Shown one piece after another: positions 30,018 through 39,279 of a stretch of 64,000 bases of DNA; positions within the stretch are counted from its first letter, which is position 1, and the number at the start of each line of letters is the position of its first letter. A program made the translations under genes and the position numbers. The notes under the pieces are model-generated. The model searched no databases. It saw only the letters and a list, made by a program, of their open reading frames with translations, and was not told the DNA's origin. The stretch comes from Parcubacteria group bacterium (lineage in GTDB: Bacteria; Patescibacteriota; Minisyncoccia; Moranbacterales; UBA9337): assembly GCA_041662245.1 (NCBI GenBank), contig JBAZSW010000004.1:75454-139453 (forward strand), read 5' to 3'.

Positions 30018-31049
30018 CTATCTTAAAATTAATTTTTCTTTTCTATTTATAAATCCGTAAAAAAATAGCATAATTAAAATCAAGCCCACTATTATTAAGA
30101 TTTTGCCCCAACCACTAACATTTAAAGCTACGCTCGCCACCAAAATAGTAACCAAATAGAAAAAAATATTTATTTTTTTCTGAGACCAACCAATATTAGT
30201 TAATTTGTGATGCAGATGCTCTCTGTCGGCCGAAAATATTGATTTTCCAAATTTTATCCTTTTTAAAATAACCCAAAAAAAATCAATCAATGGAATAAAT
30301 AAGATTAATAATGTTGTAGCTATTTTTGTTCCCGCAAAGACAGATAAACTCGCCACAATAAATCCTACAAAAAAAATACCATTACTTCCAGCCATTATTT
30401 TAGCTGGAGGAAAATTAAACATCAAAAATCCCAATACTGCCCCAGAAAGAGCCACGGCTATTATTCCCACAGGAGGCTGATTGACTTCAGGCTTTAGAGA
30501 TAACAAAAAGATAGACAAAATCCCAATAAAATAAATACCCATACTTATACCATCAATGCCATCTAGCCAGTTCATGGAATTCATTAAAATTATTGACCAA
30601 ACACCTGCCAATAAAATGCCCGCCAAAATACCCCACAGACTATCTAACTGTATCATGTTTCCAAAAGGATTGGAGATATAATATATTCTAACACCAAAAA
30701 TAAAAATTAAAAATACTGCTCCTATTTGAAAAAATAATTGTTTTTTCCAACTAATCTCTTTAAAATCGTCCCAGATTCCGACACCAAACATCAATAAGCC
30801 TCCCAATAAAATTCCTACAGTATCCTTCGTTAAAACCAAATTTTTATCTAATAAAACAACTCCCAAAAAAGAGATAGCAATAGCAATCCCTCCCCATCGA
30901 GATACGCCAGTATCATGAAAATGTCTTTTCCCTTCCCTTTTCTTTTCACTCCTTAGTACTATTTTATTGGAAAAAAACCTTATAACAAAAATCAAAATAA
31001 CACTACTGGCAAAGGACAACAAAAATGGAACTAAGTATAAATTTAACAT
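30018..31049 (-). CDS. MraY/WecA-family polyprenyl-phosphate sugar-1-phosphate transferase
   Basis: GIWDD, NSMNWLDGIDG, FNFPPAKI, ADREHLHH. Confidence 0.92.
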   Translation of the reverse strand: MLNLYLVPFLLSFASSVILIFVIRFFSNKIVLRSEKKREGKRHFHDTGVSRWGGIAIAISFLGVVLLDKNLVLTKDTVGILLGGLLMFGVGIWDDFKEISWKKQLFFQIGAVFLIFIFGVRIYYISNPFGNMIQLDSLWGILAGILLAGVWSIILMNSMNWLDGIDGISMGIYFIGILSIFLLSLKPEVNQPPVGIIAVALSGAVLGFLMFNFPPAKIMAGSNGIFFVGFIVASLSVFAGTKIATTLLILFIPLIDFFWVILKRIKFGKSIFSADREHLHHKLTNIGWSQKKINIFFYLVTILVASVALNVSGWGKILIIVGLILIMLFFYGFINRKEKLILR

Positions 31050-31061
31050 AATGACAAAGAC

Positions 31062-31180
31062 AGATTTAAGATGTATGATTTAAGATTTAAGAATGGGATA
31101 CCAGATAATTATTTTTTCATAAATCCTAAATCATATATCCCGCCTTATGAACTTTATGAACTTTAAAAACTTTAAAAACT
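31062..31180. repeat. Inverted GATTTAA-type heptamer arms followed by four 9-mers
   Basis: agatgtatgatttaagatttaaga versus reverse complement of tcataaatcctaaatcatatatcc; (ttatgaact)2(ttaaaaact)2 at 31145-31180. Confidence 0.7.
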
Positions 31181-31198
31181 ATCTCACACTTTCAGCAC

Positions 31199-32308
31199 CT
31201 ACAGCATCTTAAACTTCGTATACTCCTTCTGGATATAATCTTTTATTTTATCTTTAAAAATATCTCTATTAAATTTCAATGATTTTTCCCTAATATAATC
31301 CTCATCAAATTTAACACCTTCAAATTTTTGAACTGCTTCGACGATGCCTTCTGGCGTTTGCGTTTCAATAAAAACTCCTGTTTTCCCCTCTTCCATATTC
31401 TCTACAATATCTCCTCCACGATAAGCAATCAGCGGTCGACCTGATGCCATAGCTTCAATAGCGACAATCCCAAAATCTTCTTCCTGAGGAAAGATAAAAG
31501 CGCGACAATTAGCGTAGTATTTAGGCAAATCTTCATCAGATATTCTTCCTAAAAATTCAATATTTTCCTTAGCCATTTTTTTTAGCTTTTTCAATTCTGG
31601 ACCACGCCCGCTAATTTTTAAAGGCAACCCTAGTTTATTAAAGGCTTCAATAACAATGTCATTTCTCTTATAAGTTATCATTCTTCCCACAATCAAAAAA
31701 TAATCCCCTCTTTTTTTCGCATCTTTTTCTACATAAAAATTGTTTACCGCCACAGGAGGATTAATGACTACCGCTTCTTTTTTATAATATTTTTTTATTC
31801 TTCTGGCGACAAAATTAGAGTTGGCGATAAATTTATCTACTCTTTGTGCGCTTACAGAATCCCAGACTCGAATATAATTCATAAAAAATGGCACCAATTT
31901 CTTAATAAAAGACGGCAATCCAAAATCATCGGTATATTTTTGACAATCATCCCAAGCGTAACGCATTGGAGTGTGCATATAACAGATATGTAGCGTTTCT
32001 GGTGAGGTAATAATTCCTTTAGCGTAACTAGATGAATCCGAAAGAACAATGTCGTAAACAGAAAAATCAAATTGTTCAATAGCGCTTGTCATAAAAAGTG
32101 GAAAGATACGATGTTTTCTCCGCGCCAAAGGAAACTTTTGCAAAAAAGAAGTATGAATTTTTTTGTTCTCAAAAAAACCATGCATCAACTTTTTTTCATA
32201 CATAATTGTATATATATGAGCCTCGGGAAAAATTTCCGTAAAACATTCCAGAACTCTTTCCGCTCCACCATATTGAACTAAATAATCATGGACTAAAGCA
32301 ATTTTCAT
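31199..32308 (-). CDS. Glycosyltransferase family 4
   Basis: HDYLVQYGGAERV, EEDFGIVAIEAMASG. Confidence 0.93.
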   Translation of the reverse strand: MKIALVHDYLVQYGGAERVLECFTEIFPEAHIYTIMYEKKLMHGFFENKKIHTSFLQKFPLARRKHRIFPLFMTSAIEQFDFSVYDIVLSDSSSYAKGIITSPETLHICYMHTPMRYAWDDCQKYTDDFGLPSFIKKLVPFFMNYIRVWDSVSAQRVDKFIANSNFVARRIKKYYKKEAVVINPPVAVNNFYVEKDAKKRGDYFLIVGRMITYKRNDIVIEAFNKLGLPLKISGRGPELKKLKKMAKENIEFLGRISDEDLPKYYANCRAFIFPQEEDFGIVAIEAMASGRPLIAYRGGDIVENMEEGKTGVFIETQTPEGIVEAVQKFEGVKFDEDYIREKSLKFNRDIFKDKIKDYIQKEYTKFKML

Positions 32309-32322
32309 AACACTACTAATTA

Positions 32323-32585
32323 CCTGCCCGCCAATGCCAATTCATCTTGGCATCAACAATAGCGTTGTAATAGATTAATTTTTTATTTTAAATATAGTTA
32401 ATATTGATAGATATGGCGGGCGGGAGAATTAAATACGAATATACAAATTTCTTTTATTATAAATTAAATAATTAAATAATAAATTATTATATAAATTTCC
32501 AATTTCTAAAAACCATATAGCAATTCACTCCGCACCAACCAATTGTATCATCTCGAGTGGAGCGATAGCGGAATCGAGAGATTTC
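32323..32585. repeat. Intergenic cluster of palindromic repeats
   Basis: cctgcccgcca (32323)...tggcgggcggg (32424); tatcatctcgag...atcgagagatttc (32546-32585). Confidence 0.6.
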
Positions 32586-32660
32586 AGTAAACAATAGATT
32601 CGAGTCATCAGCCAACAGTCATTAAAAAAAGTATTCCTAATTCTTAATTATCTCAAATTC

Positions 32661-33590
32661 TTATTTTCCTAAATTCCCAAATTCACAATACGCTAAATAG
32701 GTATTTTCCAAAAGACACGCCACTGTTACGGGCCCCACTCCTTTGGGAACCGGAGAAATCAAGCAATCAGTTTCTTGAAAACTTTTCAAATCAACATCTC
32801 CAAAAACTTTTTCTGCTTCTTTGATTATTCCACCATCAATTATAATTGCATCATTTTTTGTCATTTGAGAATTTATTAAACTTTTCTTTCCACAAACAGT
32901 TATGATAATATCTGATTTCTTTAAAATATTCCCGTTTCCCAAATCATCACACAAGATGTAGCTTGCTTTAATTCCAATTTTTTCCAATGTCTTTTGCATT
33001 ATTTTGCCAAAATCATCTGATTTACAAATAATAGTTGCCTTTTTACTTTTAAAAAACTCCCGTCTATCGAAATTGTCATCCTTGCGAATGCGGGGATCTC
33101 CGTACTCATAACTGAGATTCCCGTTTTCACGGGAATGACAAGATAATAAAGCACTTTCAATCATTTTTATAATCGCCTTGGGAAAAACTGGAAAAATAGT
33201 TTCTTGATTATTAAAAAAACATTTTTGATTCTCATCACAAAACCCATCCACATCTTTCTCTGGATTAATGGCATTAATAATTTTATGCTTATCTAATTTT
33301 TCCGGCAGAGGCAATTGCACAATTAAACCATGAATATTTTTATCTTCATTAATCTCAGCTATTTTATTTAAAATAACCTTTTCCTCCACATTGGCATCAT
33401 ATTCATAAAGTTTAAAATTCATCCCGATTTCTCTAGCTACTTTTTCTTTTAAACTTACATAAATTTGAGAAGCCTTATTTTTGCCAACTAAAATAACCGC
33501 CAAAGTGGGCTTGAGTTCTTCCTTTTCTATTTTCGCTTTGATATTACTCAAAATATCATCCGCAATCTCTTTCCCTTTTATCAACTGCAT
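32661..33590 (-). CDS. folD: Methylenetetrahydrofolate dehydrogenase/cyclohydrolase with in-frame insertion
   Basis: ASQIYVSLK, HGLIVQLPLP, KDVDG, SPVPKGVGPVTVACLLEN. Confidence 0.93.
   Translation of the reverse strand: MQLIKGKEIADDILSNIKAKIEKEELKPTLAVILVGKNKASQIYVSLKEKVAREIGMNFKLYEYDANVEEKVILNKIAEINEDKNIHGLIVQLPLPEKLDKHKIINAINPEKDVDGFCDENQKCFFNNQETIFPVFPKAIIKMIESALLSCHSRENGNLSYEYGDPRIRKDDNFDRREFFKSKKATIICKSDDFGKIMQKTLEKIGIKASYILCDDLGNGNILKKSDIIITVCGKKSLINSQMTKNDAIIIDGGIIKEAEKVFGDVDLKSFQETDCLISPVPKGVGPVTVACLLENTYLAYCEFGNLGK
33073..33141. repeat. Inverted pair of 28-bp dRS3-like palindromes inside folD
   Basis: ttgtcatccttgcgaatgcggggatctc and gagattcccgttttcacgggaatgacaa; 69 bp, 23 codons. 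Confidence 0.88.
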
Positions 33591-33596
33591 ACAAAG

Positions 33597-34085
33597 TTAA
33601 TCCTTATGGACTTTATCAATAAATTTCACATTAAATCTTGCACCATGAAATAAAGTCGCAAAATCACGTTTTATATTGGCCTCAACTTCCTGTCTAAATT
33701 CATTAGGAATTGCATTGTTCCTAATCAAAGGACACTCGTCATCCCAATAATATAAATGAACAATCTTTTTATCAAAATCAATATCTTTCCAATCTACTGC
33801 AAAAGGATATATTTTACAATCAATAGGTCGAGGATCAATATCTTTATTAATTGAATACTTTAAAAATTTGCAGTCCTTGCCGTCTGAGCAATTTTCAAAA
33901 TTCACTCTATCTTTTTTAAATTTTATTTTAATACCCAGAGAAGTGATGTGATCTTTCATTCTTTCATGAAAAGCAAAATATTCATCAACCCATTCTTCCA
34001 CTCTATAATCATCACAACAAGTATTTTTGCATTTATTTTTCTTACATCCTGCTAACTTACCCTCCATATATTGATTTTTTGACAT
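33597..34085 (-). CDS. YkgJ-like cysteine-cluster protein
   Basis: CKKNKCKNTCC...CKFL...RPIDCKIYPF...CP. Confidence 0.65.
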   Translation of the reverse strand: MSKNQYMEGKLAGCKKNKCKNTCCDDYRVEEWVDEYFAFHERMKDHITSLGIKIKFKKDRVNFENCSDGKDCKFLKYSINKDIDPRPIDCKIYPFAVDWKDIDFDKKIVHLYYWDDECPLIRNNAIPNEFRQEVEANIKRDFATLFHGARFNVKFIDKVHKD

Positions 34086-34149
34086 AATTTTATAAATTCA
34101 TCTTGCTATTTTACTTAATAATATTAACACAAAGCTAAAAAATCCGCTA

Positions 34150-34178
34150 TTGACTTTTGTCCTAAAATGTGCTATGGT
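34150..34178 (+). promoter_or_regulatory. Sigma70 promoter
   Basis: TTGACT-17 bp-TATGGT with extended TG. Confidence 0.7.
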
Positions 34179-34258
34179 TGAAAGTCAGTATCGGATAGCT
34201 TTTTTATTTTTTTCAATCGCCCATACGGGCAAACGATTCATATATAAGGAGGTGTATC

Positions 34259-34885
34259 ATGAGTGGAGGATGCGGTAGTCGCAGGGAAACAATGGCAGTC
34301 AGAACAGTCTATGCAATGCGTCATGGACAAAAAGGATTTGGATCTGACGATCCATCTTTAACCGAAAGAGGTCGCGAGCAGGTAGCTGAAGCGGTAAAGA
34401 AATATCTAACTGGCGTCAATTTTAAGATAATATACCACGGAACGCACTTCCGACATCAAGAGAGTACTGAAATCGCCAAGGAAGCGCTAGAAATTTCGTC
34501 TGATACTTTTCAAACTCCGCTACTGTCACTCACAGATAGCATGAACGATGCCGCTAATCAGTGTGCTATGGCTGGCCTCAAGCATCCTGATGGACTAGCA
34601 GTCGGTTTCCGTGTTGACACCTGGATTAAAACGAATAGGGTATTGATGAATGATTGTTTTGAGCAGTTCTATGATTTCCTGCAACAAATTCCCAAAAAGA
34701 TGAAAAATGTCTTGGCGATATCCAGTTCGCCCATCATAGAATCCGTCACTGTCAATCCAGAGAAAACTTGGCTTCTAGGCGAATGTGGCATCATCAAATA
34801 CATTATTGATGATGAAGGAACGATCATATCATCGGAAACAATTTTCGAGGGCTTCTTCGAGAAACCTCCACAAAAAAATCTATGA
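34259..34885 (+). CDS. Histidine phosphatase superfamily protein
   Basis: YAMRHGQ, LTERGREQ; AAGGAGGT SD; higher GC than neighbours. Confidence 0.78.
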   Translation: MSGGCGSRRETMAVRTVYAMRHGQKGFGSDDPSLTERGREQVAEAVKKYLTGVNFKIIYHGTHFRHQESTEIAKEALEISSDTFQTPLLSLTDSMNDAANQCAMAGLKHPDGLAVGFRVDTWIKTNRVLMNDCFEQFYDFLQQIPKKMKNVLAISSSPIIESVTVNPEKTWLLGECGIIKYIIDDEGTIISSETIFEGFFEKPPQKNL

Positions 34886-34928
34886 TCCATCACCACCTGA
34901 ATGCTAAGATATTATCTTGTGCTTTCAA

Positions 34929-34960
34929 ATAGGGTTTTGACTAGTTCGTCAAAACCCTAT
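34929..34960 (+). terminator. Intrinsic terminator
   Basis: atagggttttgac-tagttc-gtcaaaaccctat. Confidence 0.75.
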
Positions 34961-35343
34961 ATTTTTTATACGCCACATTTTATTTTGCCCTCCCAAAGTG
35001 AACCCAAAAAAATAAAGCATTTTCAAATACATATCAGATACATCACCACACTTTACGGAGAAAATAAAATAAATCAACTCGAAGGGAGCGTTAAAAAACT
35101 TTGTTACGGAGTGGAATGGAGTCTGAAGTTTTAGCAAGTAAGAGTTAGATTTATTTATATTTTAGAAGTACGTGTGGCAGTTTTTTTGTAACCTTTTTTT
35201 GCTGTCAAAAAAAGTTAGTGAGAAATTGCTTATGATAAAGCCTTACATTTTAAATATACACGCCCGACTCAAAGCTGGTAGTTTTTTGACTAAGGCAAAA
35301 TGCTCAACCTCAAAGGCTCCCGAAATTGAGCCTCTGTTAATTT

Positions 35344-35808
35344 TTAAGTTATTTTTGATCCATATCTCCCCCGATATTTAATCTTTATTGTTTTATCAGG
35401 ATTGTATCTATTATATAAATCAATAAAACGTTCTTCATCCAAGTAATATTTCCCACCGTTAAATTTGTTTTTGAAATTTTTAATTAACTTATAATATTTC
35501 TCCAATTCCACAAATAGCCCATCTTTTCTAGATTTTTTTAGTTTTTCTTTTGAGCCAGAATCAACTAAAGATAAAAATTCTAATAATGACATTGGGCACT
35601 TTAATAAATGCAATCTTCTTTCTATCGCTTCGGGGGCAATTTTTTCGCAATAAATTTGTCCAGTTAAATATAAAATCGCCCTAGCCTCATTTAGATTTTT
35701 CCAAGTAGGTTTTTTCAAAATCTTCTGATATCTGTCCCAAAGTTTGTTTAGTCTTTCTTTAATCTTCTCCACATCTAGCAGATAAGTATTTTTAAGAAGT
35801 ATTTGCAT
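35344..35808 (-). CDS. Hypothetical protein
   Basis: 154-aa ORF with native codon style. Confidence 0.7.
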   Translation of the reverse strand: MQILLKNTYLLDVEKIKERLNKLWDRYQKILKKPTWKNLNEARAILYLTGQIYCEKIAPEAIERRLHLLKCPMSLLEFLSLVDSGSKEKLKKSRKDGLFVELEKYYKLIKNFKNKFNGGKYYLDEERFIDLYNRYNPDKTIKIKYRGRYGSKIT

Positions 35809-35896
35809 ATTTTGATTGATTAAAAAAATTTTATTTATTCGACACTCGTTCTTTTCAAAATCTTCACTACCCCATTATCCGCCCCAGTCATCCCAG

Positions 35897-38107
35897 TTAT
35901 GCAACGGGATAAATCCGACGGGGCTTCGCTTTATCTTTTTTGTCATTGGAATTTTTATCGCTATCGGCTATCCTTGCTCTTTCTAATATTTTAACAACAC
36001 CTCGCTCAGCATCCACTTCCACCAAATCTCCATCGTGCAAAACTTGCGTGGCGATTTTGGTCCCGATTATACAAGGTTTTTTAAGTTCGCGAGCCACAAT
36101 GGCAGCGTGACAAGTTATACCACCTTCATCAGTCACAAAAGCACCAGCTTTTTTCATAATAGACATGTATCTTGGATCCGTCATAGACGCAACTAATATT
36201 TCTCCTTCTTGAAAATCTTTTGCCTCTTTAATTAATTTTATAATTCTCACTTTCCCTTTTGCCTTGCCCACACGAGCAATGCTTCCTTTTATTTCATCTA
36301 AACTATATTTTTTATTTCTTGTCTTGTCGATTTCATCTAATATTTTACCTGACTTATTTTGAGAAATAGTTTCTATTCCTTCTTTAGAATATTTGCAAAA
36401 GAAAAAATCTTTGCGTTTTAAATAATTATTAGGTAGCTCACCTGAATTTATAAAAGCATCAAGTTCCTCCCCGCTTAGATATTCTAAAGAATCTTTTTCA
36501 ATATTTTTTTCTTCTTCTATTTTATTCAACAATTCTCTTTCCAAAGTTATTCCATCTCTATGAATATTTTCATATCTTTTTCTTGTTTCTATACACAAAT
36601 CTTTTGTTTCCTGACTCAAGTCATCGAGATATTCTGGAGCATAAACTGATACCATAATAATAGCAAACAATTCTTGTATAAAGTTATGAAGTTTTTTAAT
36701 AGATTTTGTCAGATCGACCTGATTATTTTTGAAAAACTCTTCAGCTTCTAAAAGTTTTTTATTATTTTTTGCAATAAATCTTTTATAGTCATCAATATCA
36801 TTTTTTTGAAAATATGCCTTTGGGATTCCCTTATAATCAACTACCGGCAAAAAATGATAAAATATTCCATTTTCCATCAGAGAATACCAAGGATTTGTCA
36901 TGTAATTAGTCACTCTTTCAAAACTGTCACCAAAAACTTCTCTTGCTATAACAGAAGCAATTAATATAGTGTAATCCCTCTGATGTTTTTCATAGATTAA
37001 ATTTTCTTTCTCTACATACTTCATTAAAGTCGTTATCGGTCGACTTTGGGTGATATAAAATTTTCCACCTTCCTGCGCCCATTCGATATCGCAGGGAAAG
37101 CTGTAATGGTTTTCGATTTTGATGATTAAATCTGAAAGTTCGATAATTTCTTTTTCGTTTAATACTTGAGAAGAAGCTTGAGGTTCAGGGATATCTCGCC
37201 ACTCGTTGGCTGAGATTTCTCCACTTCCAAATCTTTGAGTACAAAGATTTGTTCGGTCGAAATGACATGCTCTATATAATCCTCTGTTTTGCGTGCTGAC
37301 ATTAATATCAACAATCGCTTCTCTAATTCTTAATTCATCATTCTTGATTCCCAACTCCTCATTCTTAATTCTTAATTCATAATTCTTAATTCCAGTCTTA
37401 TCCACCACATAACTGTCCGGGGTAACTGATCCCGATACAATTGCTTCGCCAAGTCCAAAGCCTGCTTCAATGATAAGCTGGTTATAATCTTGGGTCACTG
37501 GATGCACCGAAAAAGCGATACCTGATTTCTCAGATTGAATCATTTTTTGCACCACCACTGCTACCGATATTTTCTGCTTGTGCAATTCTTTTTCAAAACG
37601 ATAGAAAATGGCCCGCGAAGTGAAAAGCGATGCCCAGCATTTTTGGACATTTTTTAATAAATCTTTTTCTGTTGTATTAAGATAAGAATTAAGTTGTCCC
37701 GCCCAAGCCGCCTCAGCTCCGTCTTCAGCGGTGGCACTGGATCTTACAGCAACAAACTCTGCGTCTAGTTTTTTAAATTCTTTTTCAACTTCTTTCTCAA
37801 TCTCTACTGGAATTTTTGCTCCAAGAATTAAAGCTTGGATTTTTTCTGACGCTTTTTCAACCGTATGCATTTTTTGCGTATCCACTGTGTCAAGGATAGC
37901 GGAAATTTCCACATTTAAATCAGTTATTTCTAAAAATTTTTCAAAAGCCCCAGCAAGTACCACAAAACCCGAAGGAACTGGATTGCTAGCAGACTTGTCC
38001 GCCGAAGCTTTAGCGAAGGCGGAAGTCATTTCGCCAAGGGACGCTCCCTTGCCTCCGGCAATCAGAACATCGTTCTTATCTAATTCTTTAAAATTTTTAG
38101 TAAACAT
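35897..38107 (-). CDS. PEP synthase/PPDK-like phosphotransferase (ATP-grasp + unknown middle domain + His swivel), three repeat insertions
   Basis: GGKGASLGEM, VAVRSSATAED, AVVVQKM, DIEWA..ITQSRPIT, GGITCHAAIVARE; no C-terminal PEP-binding barrel. Confidence 0.88.
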   Translation of the reverse strand: MFTKNFKELDKNDVLIAGGKGASLGEMTSAFAKASADKSASNPVPSGFVVLAGAFEKFLEITDLNVEISAILDTVDTQKMHTVEKASEKIQALILGAKIPVEIEKEVEKEFKKLDAEFVAVRSSATAEDGAEAAWAGQLNSYLNTTEKDLLKNVQKCWASLFTSRAIFYRFEKELHKQKISVAVVVQKMIQSEKSGIAFSVHPVTQDYNQLIIEAGFGLGEAIVSGSVTPDSYVVDKTGIKNYELRIKNEELGIKNDELRIREAIVDINVSTQNRGLYRACHFDRTNLCTQRFGSGEISANEWRDIPEPQASSQVLNEKEIIELSDLIIKIENHYSFPCDIEWAQEGGKFYITQSRPITTLMKYVEKENLIYEKHQRDYTILIASVIAREVFGDSFERVTNYMTNPWYSLMENGIFYHFLPVVDYKGIPKAYFQKNDIDDYKRFIAKNNKKLLEAEEFFKNNQVDLTKSIKKLHNFIQELFAIIMVSVYAPEYLDDLSQETKDLCIETRKRYENIHRDGITLERELLNKIEEEKNIEKDSLEYLSGEELDAFINSGELPNNYLKRKDFFFCKYSKEGIETISQNKSGKILDEIDKTRNKKYSLDEIKGSIARVGKAKGKVRIIKLIKEAKDFQEGEILVASMTDPRYMSIMKKAGAFVTDEGGITCHAAIVARELKKPCIIGTKIATQVLHDGDLVEVDAERGVVKILERARIADSDKNSNDKKDKAKPRRIYPVA
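37212..37267 (-). repeat. TGTCATTTCGAC...GAGAAATCTC element with inner 10-bp hairpin, in frame
   Basis: caaatctttg-agta-caaagatttg; encodes CHFDRTNLCTQRFGSGEIS. Confidence 0.8.
37324..37393. repeat. Ten degenerate tandem heptamers (TAATTCT consensus), in frame
   Basis: Encodes GIKNYEL-RIKNEEL-GIKNDEL-RIR. Confidence 0.9.
37992..38027. repeat. GC-rich palindrome, in frame
   Basis: gacttgtccgccgaagctttagcgaaggcggaagtc; encodes TSAFAKASADKS. Confidence 0.8.
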
Positions 38108-38191
38108 AATCTGAAAAATAATAGTTTAAAAGGCACCCACAAATAAGTACCTTTAAGTATATAACATCTTATATATAAAACAAATTCTGTT

Positions 38192-39223
38192 TTATTCTTT
38201 AGCTTTTGCTGCCTTTATTACTTCTTTCGAAATAGCGTTAAATACTTTTTGATTTTCTTTTAGATAAAGCTTGGCTTTTTCTCTGCCATTCCCCAACTTC
38301 TCCTCACCATAAGCATAGGAATTTCCAGATTTTTTTACCACTTCAAATTTAACTCCCGTATCCAACAAATCTCCTGAACGAGAAATTCCTTCATTATACA
38401 TAATATCAAACTCAGCTGTTTGAAAAGGTGGCGCTACTTTATTTTTTACCACTTTGACTTTTACTCGATTACCTACTACTTGCTCGCCTGATTTAATTTG
38501 AGCACTTCTACGCACTTCAATTCGCACTGAAGAATAAAATTTTAAAGCTTGCCCACCACTAGTAGTTTCTGGATTACCAAACATTACTCCAATTTTCATC
38601 CTTATCTGATTAATGAAAATAACCACTGTGTTAGATTTGGACACAATCGGAGTCAATTTTCGAAGCGCCTGTGACATCAATCTAGCTTGGCGACCTACGT
38701 GTTGGTCTCCCATCTCTCCTTCAATTTCTGCGCGAGGAACCAAGGCTGCTACAGAGTCAACTACGATCAAATCTACTGCATTACTACGCACTAGCGTTTC
38801 TACAATATCCAAAGCCTGTTCTCCTGAATCTGGTTGAGAAATTAAAAGTTCGTTAATATCCACTCCTATTTTTTTAGCATAAGAAGGATCCATGGCATGT
38901 TCCGCATCTACAAAAGCCACTGCTCCACCAGCTTTTTGTGCATTGGCAGCAATGTGCAAAGATAGAGTTGTTTTACCGGATGATTCTGGACCATAAATTT
39001 CAATTACTCGTCCACGAGGCACCCCACCAATTCCCAAAGCTAAATCAAGTGAAATAGAACCCGTAGGGATAGATGCTACATCTACATTTTTGACATCTCC
39101 CAATTTCATTATCATTCCATCCCCAAATTTTTGCCTGATTTCATCCACCACACTGTCTAATCTTTTTTCCATTGAAGAAAAATTACCACTTCCCATTTCC
39201 TTTGGTTTCTTTTTTTCTTTCAT
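38192..39223 (-). CDS. recA: Recombinase RecA
   Basis: [43 protein letters not shown]. Confidence 0.99.
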   Translation of the reverse strand: MKEKKKPKEMGSGNFSSMEKRLDSVVDEIRQKFGDGMIMKLGDVKNVDVASIPTGSISLDLALGIGGVPRGRVIEIYGPESSGKTTLSLHIAANAQKAGGAVAFVDAEHAMDPSYAKKIGVDINELLISQPDSGEQALDIVETLVRSNAVDLIVVDSVAALVPRAEIEGEMGDQHVGRQARLMSQALRKLTPIVSKSNTVVIFINQIRMKIGVMFGNPETTSGGQALKFYSSVRIEVRRSAQIKSGEQVVGNRVKVKVVKNKVAPPFQTAEFDIMYNEGISRSGDLLDTGVKFEVVKKSGNSYAYGEEKLGNGREKAKLYLKENQKVFNAISKEVIKAAKAKE

Positions 39224-39279
39224 ATATTTTTAACATTTTAACATATTAACTTATTGGAATTTTAACACCCGTCCACTAA

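Noticed and set aside
34901-35381. Short ORFs 34901, 34949 and 35172
   Set aside because: No SD or motif, and they overlap a terminator and repeat-like DNA
35900-35930. gcaacgggataaatccgacgggcttcgct at the end of the PEP-synthase-like gene as a fourth insertion
   Set aside because: Hairpin too imperfect and no second copy in the window
12529-39223. Inteins in DnaE or RecA; shared SOS box upstream of recA and uvrA
   Set aside because: Protein lengths are normal and no shared upstream palindrome was seen
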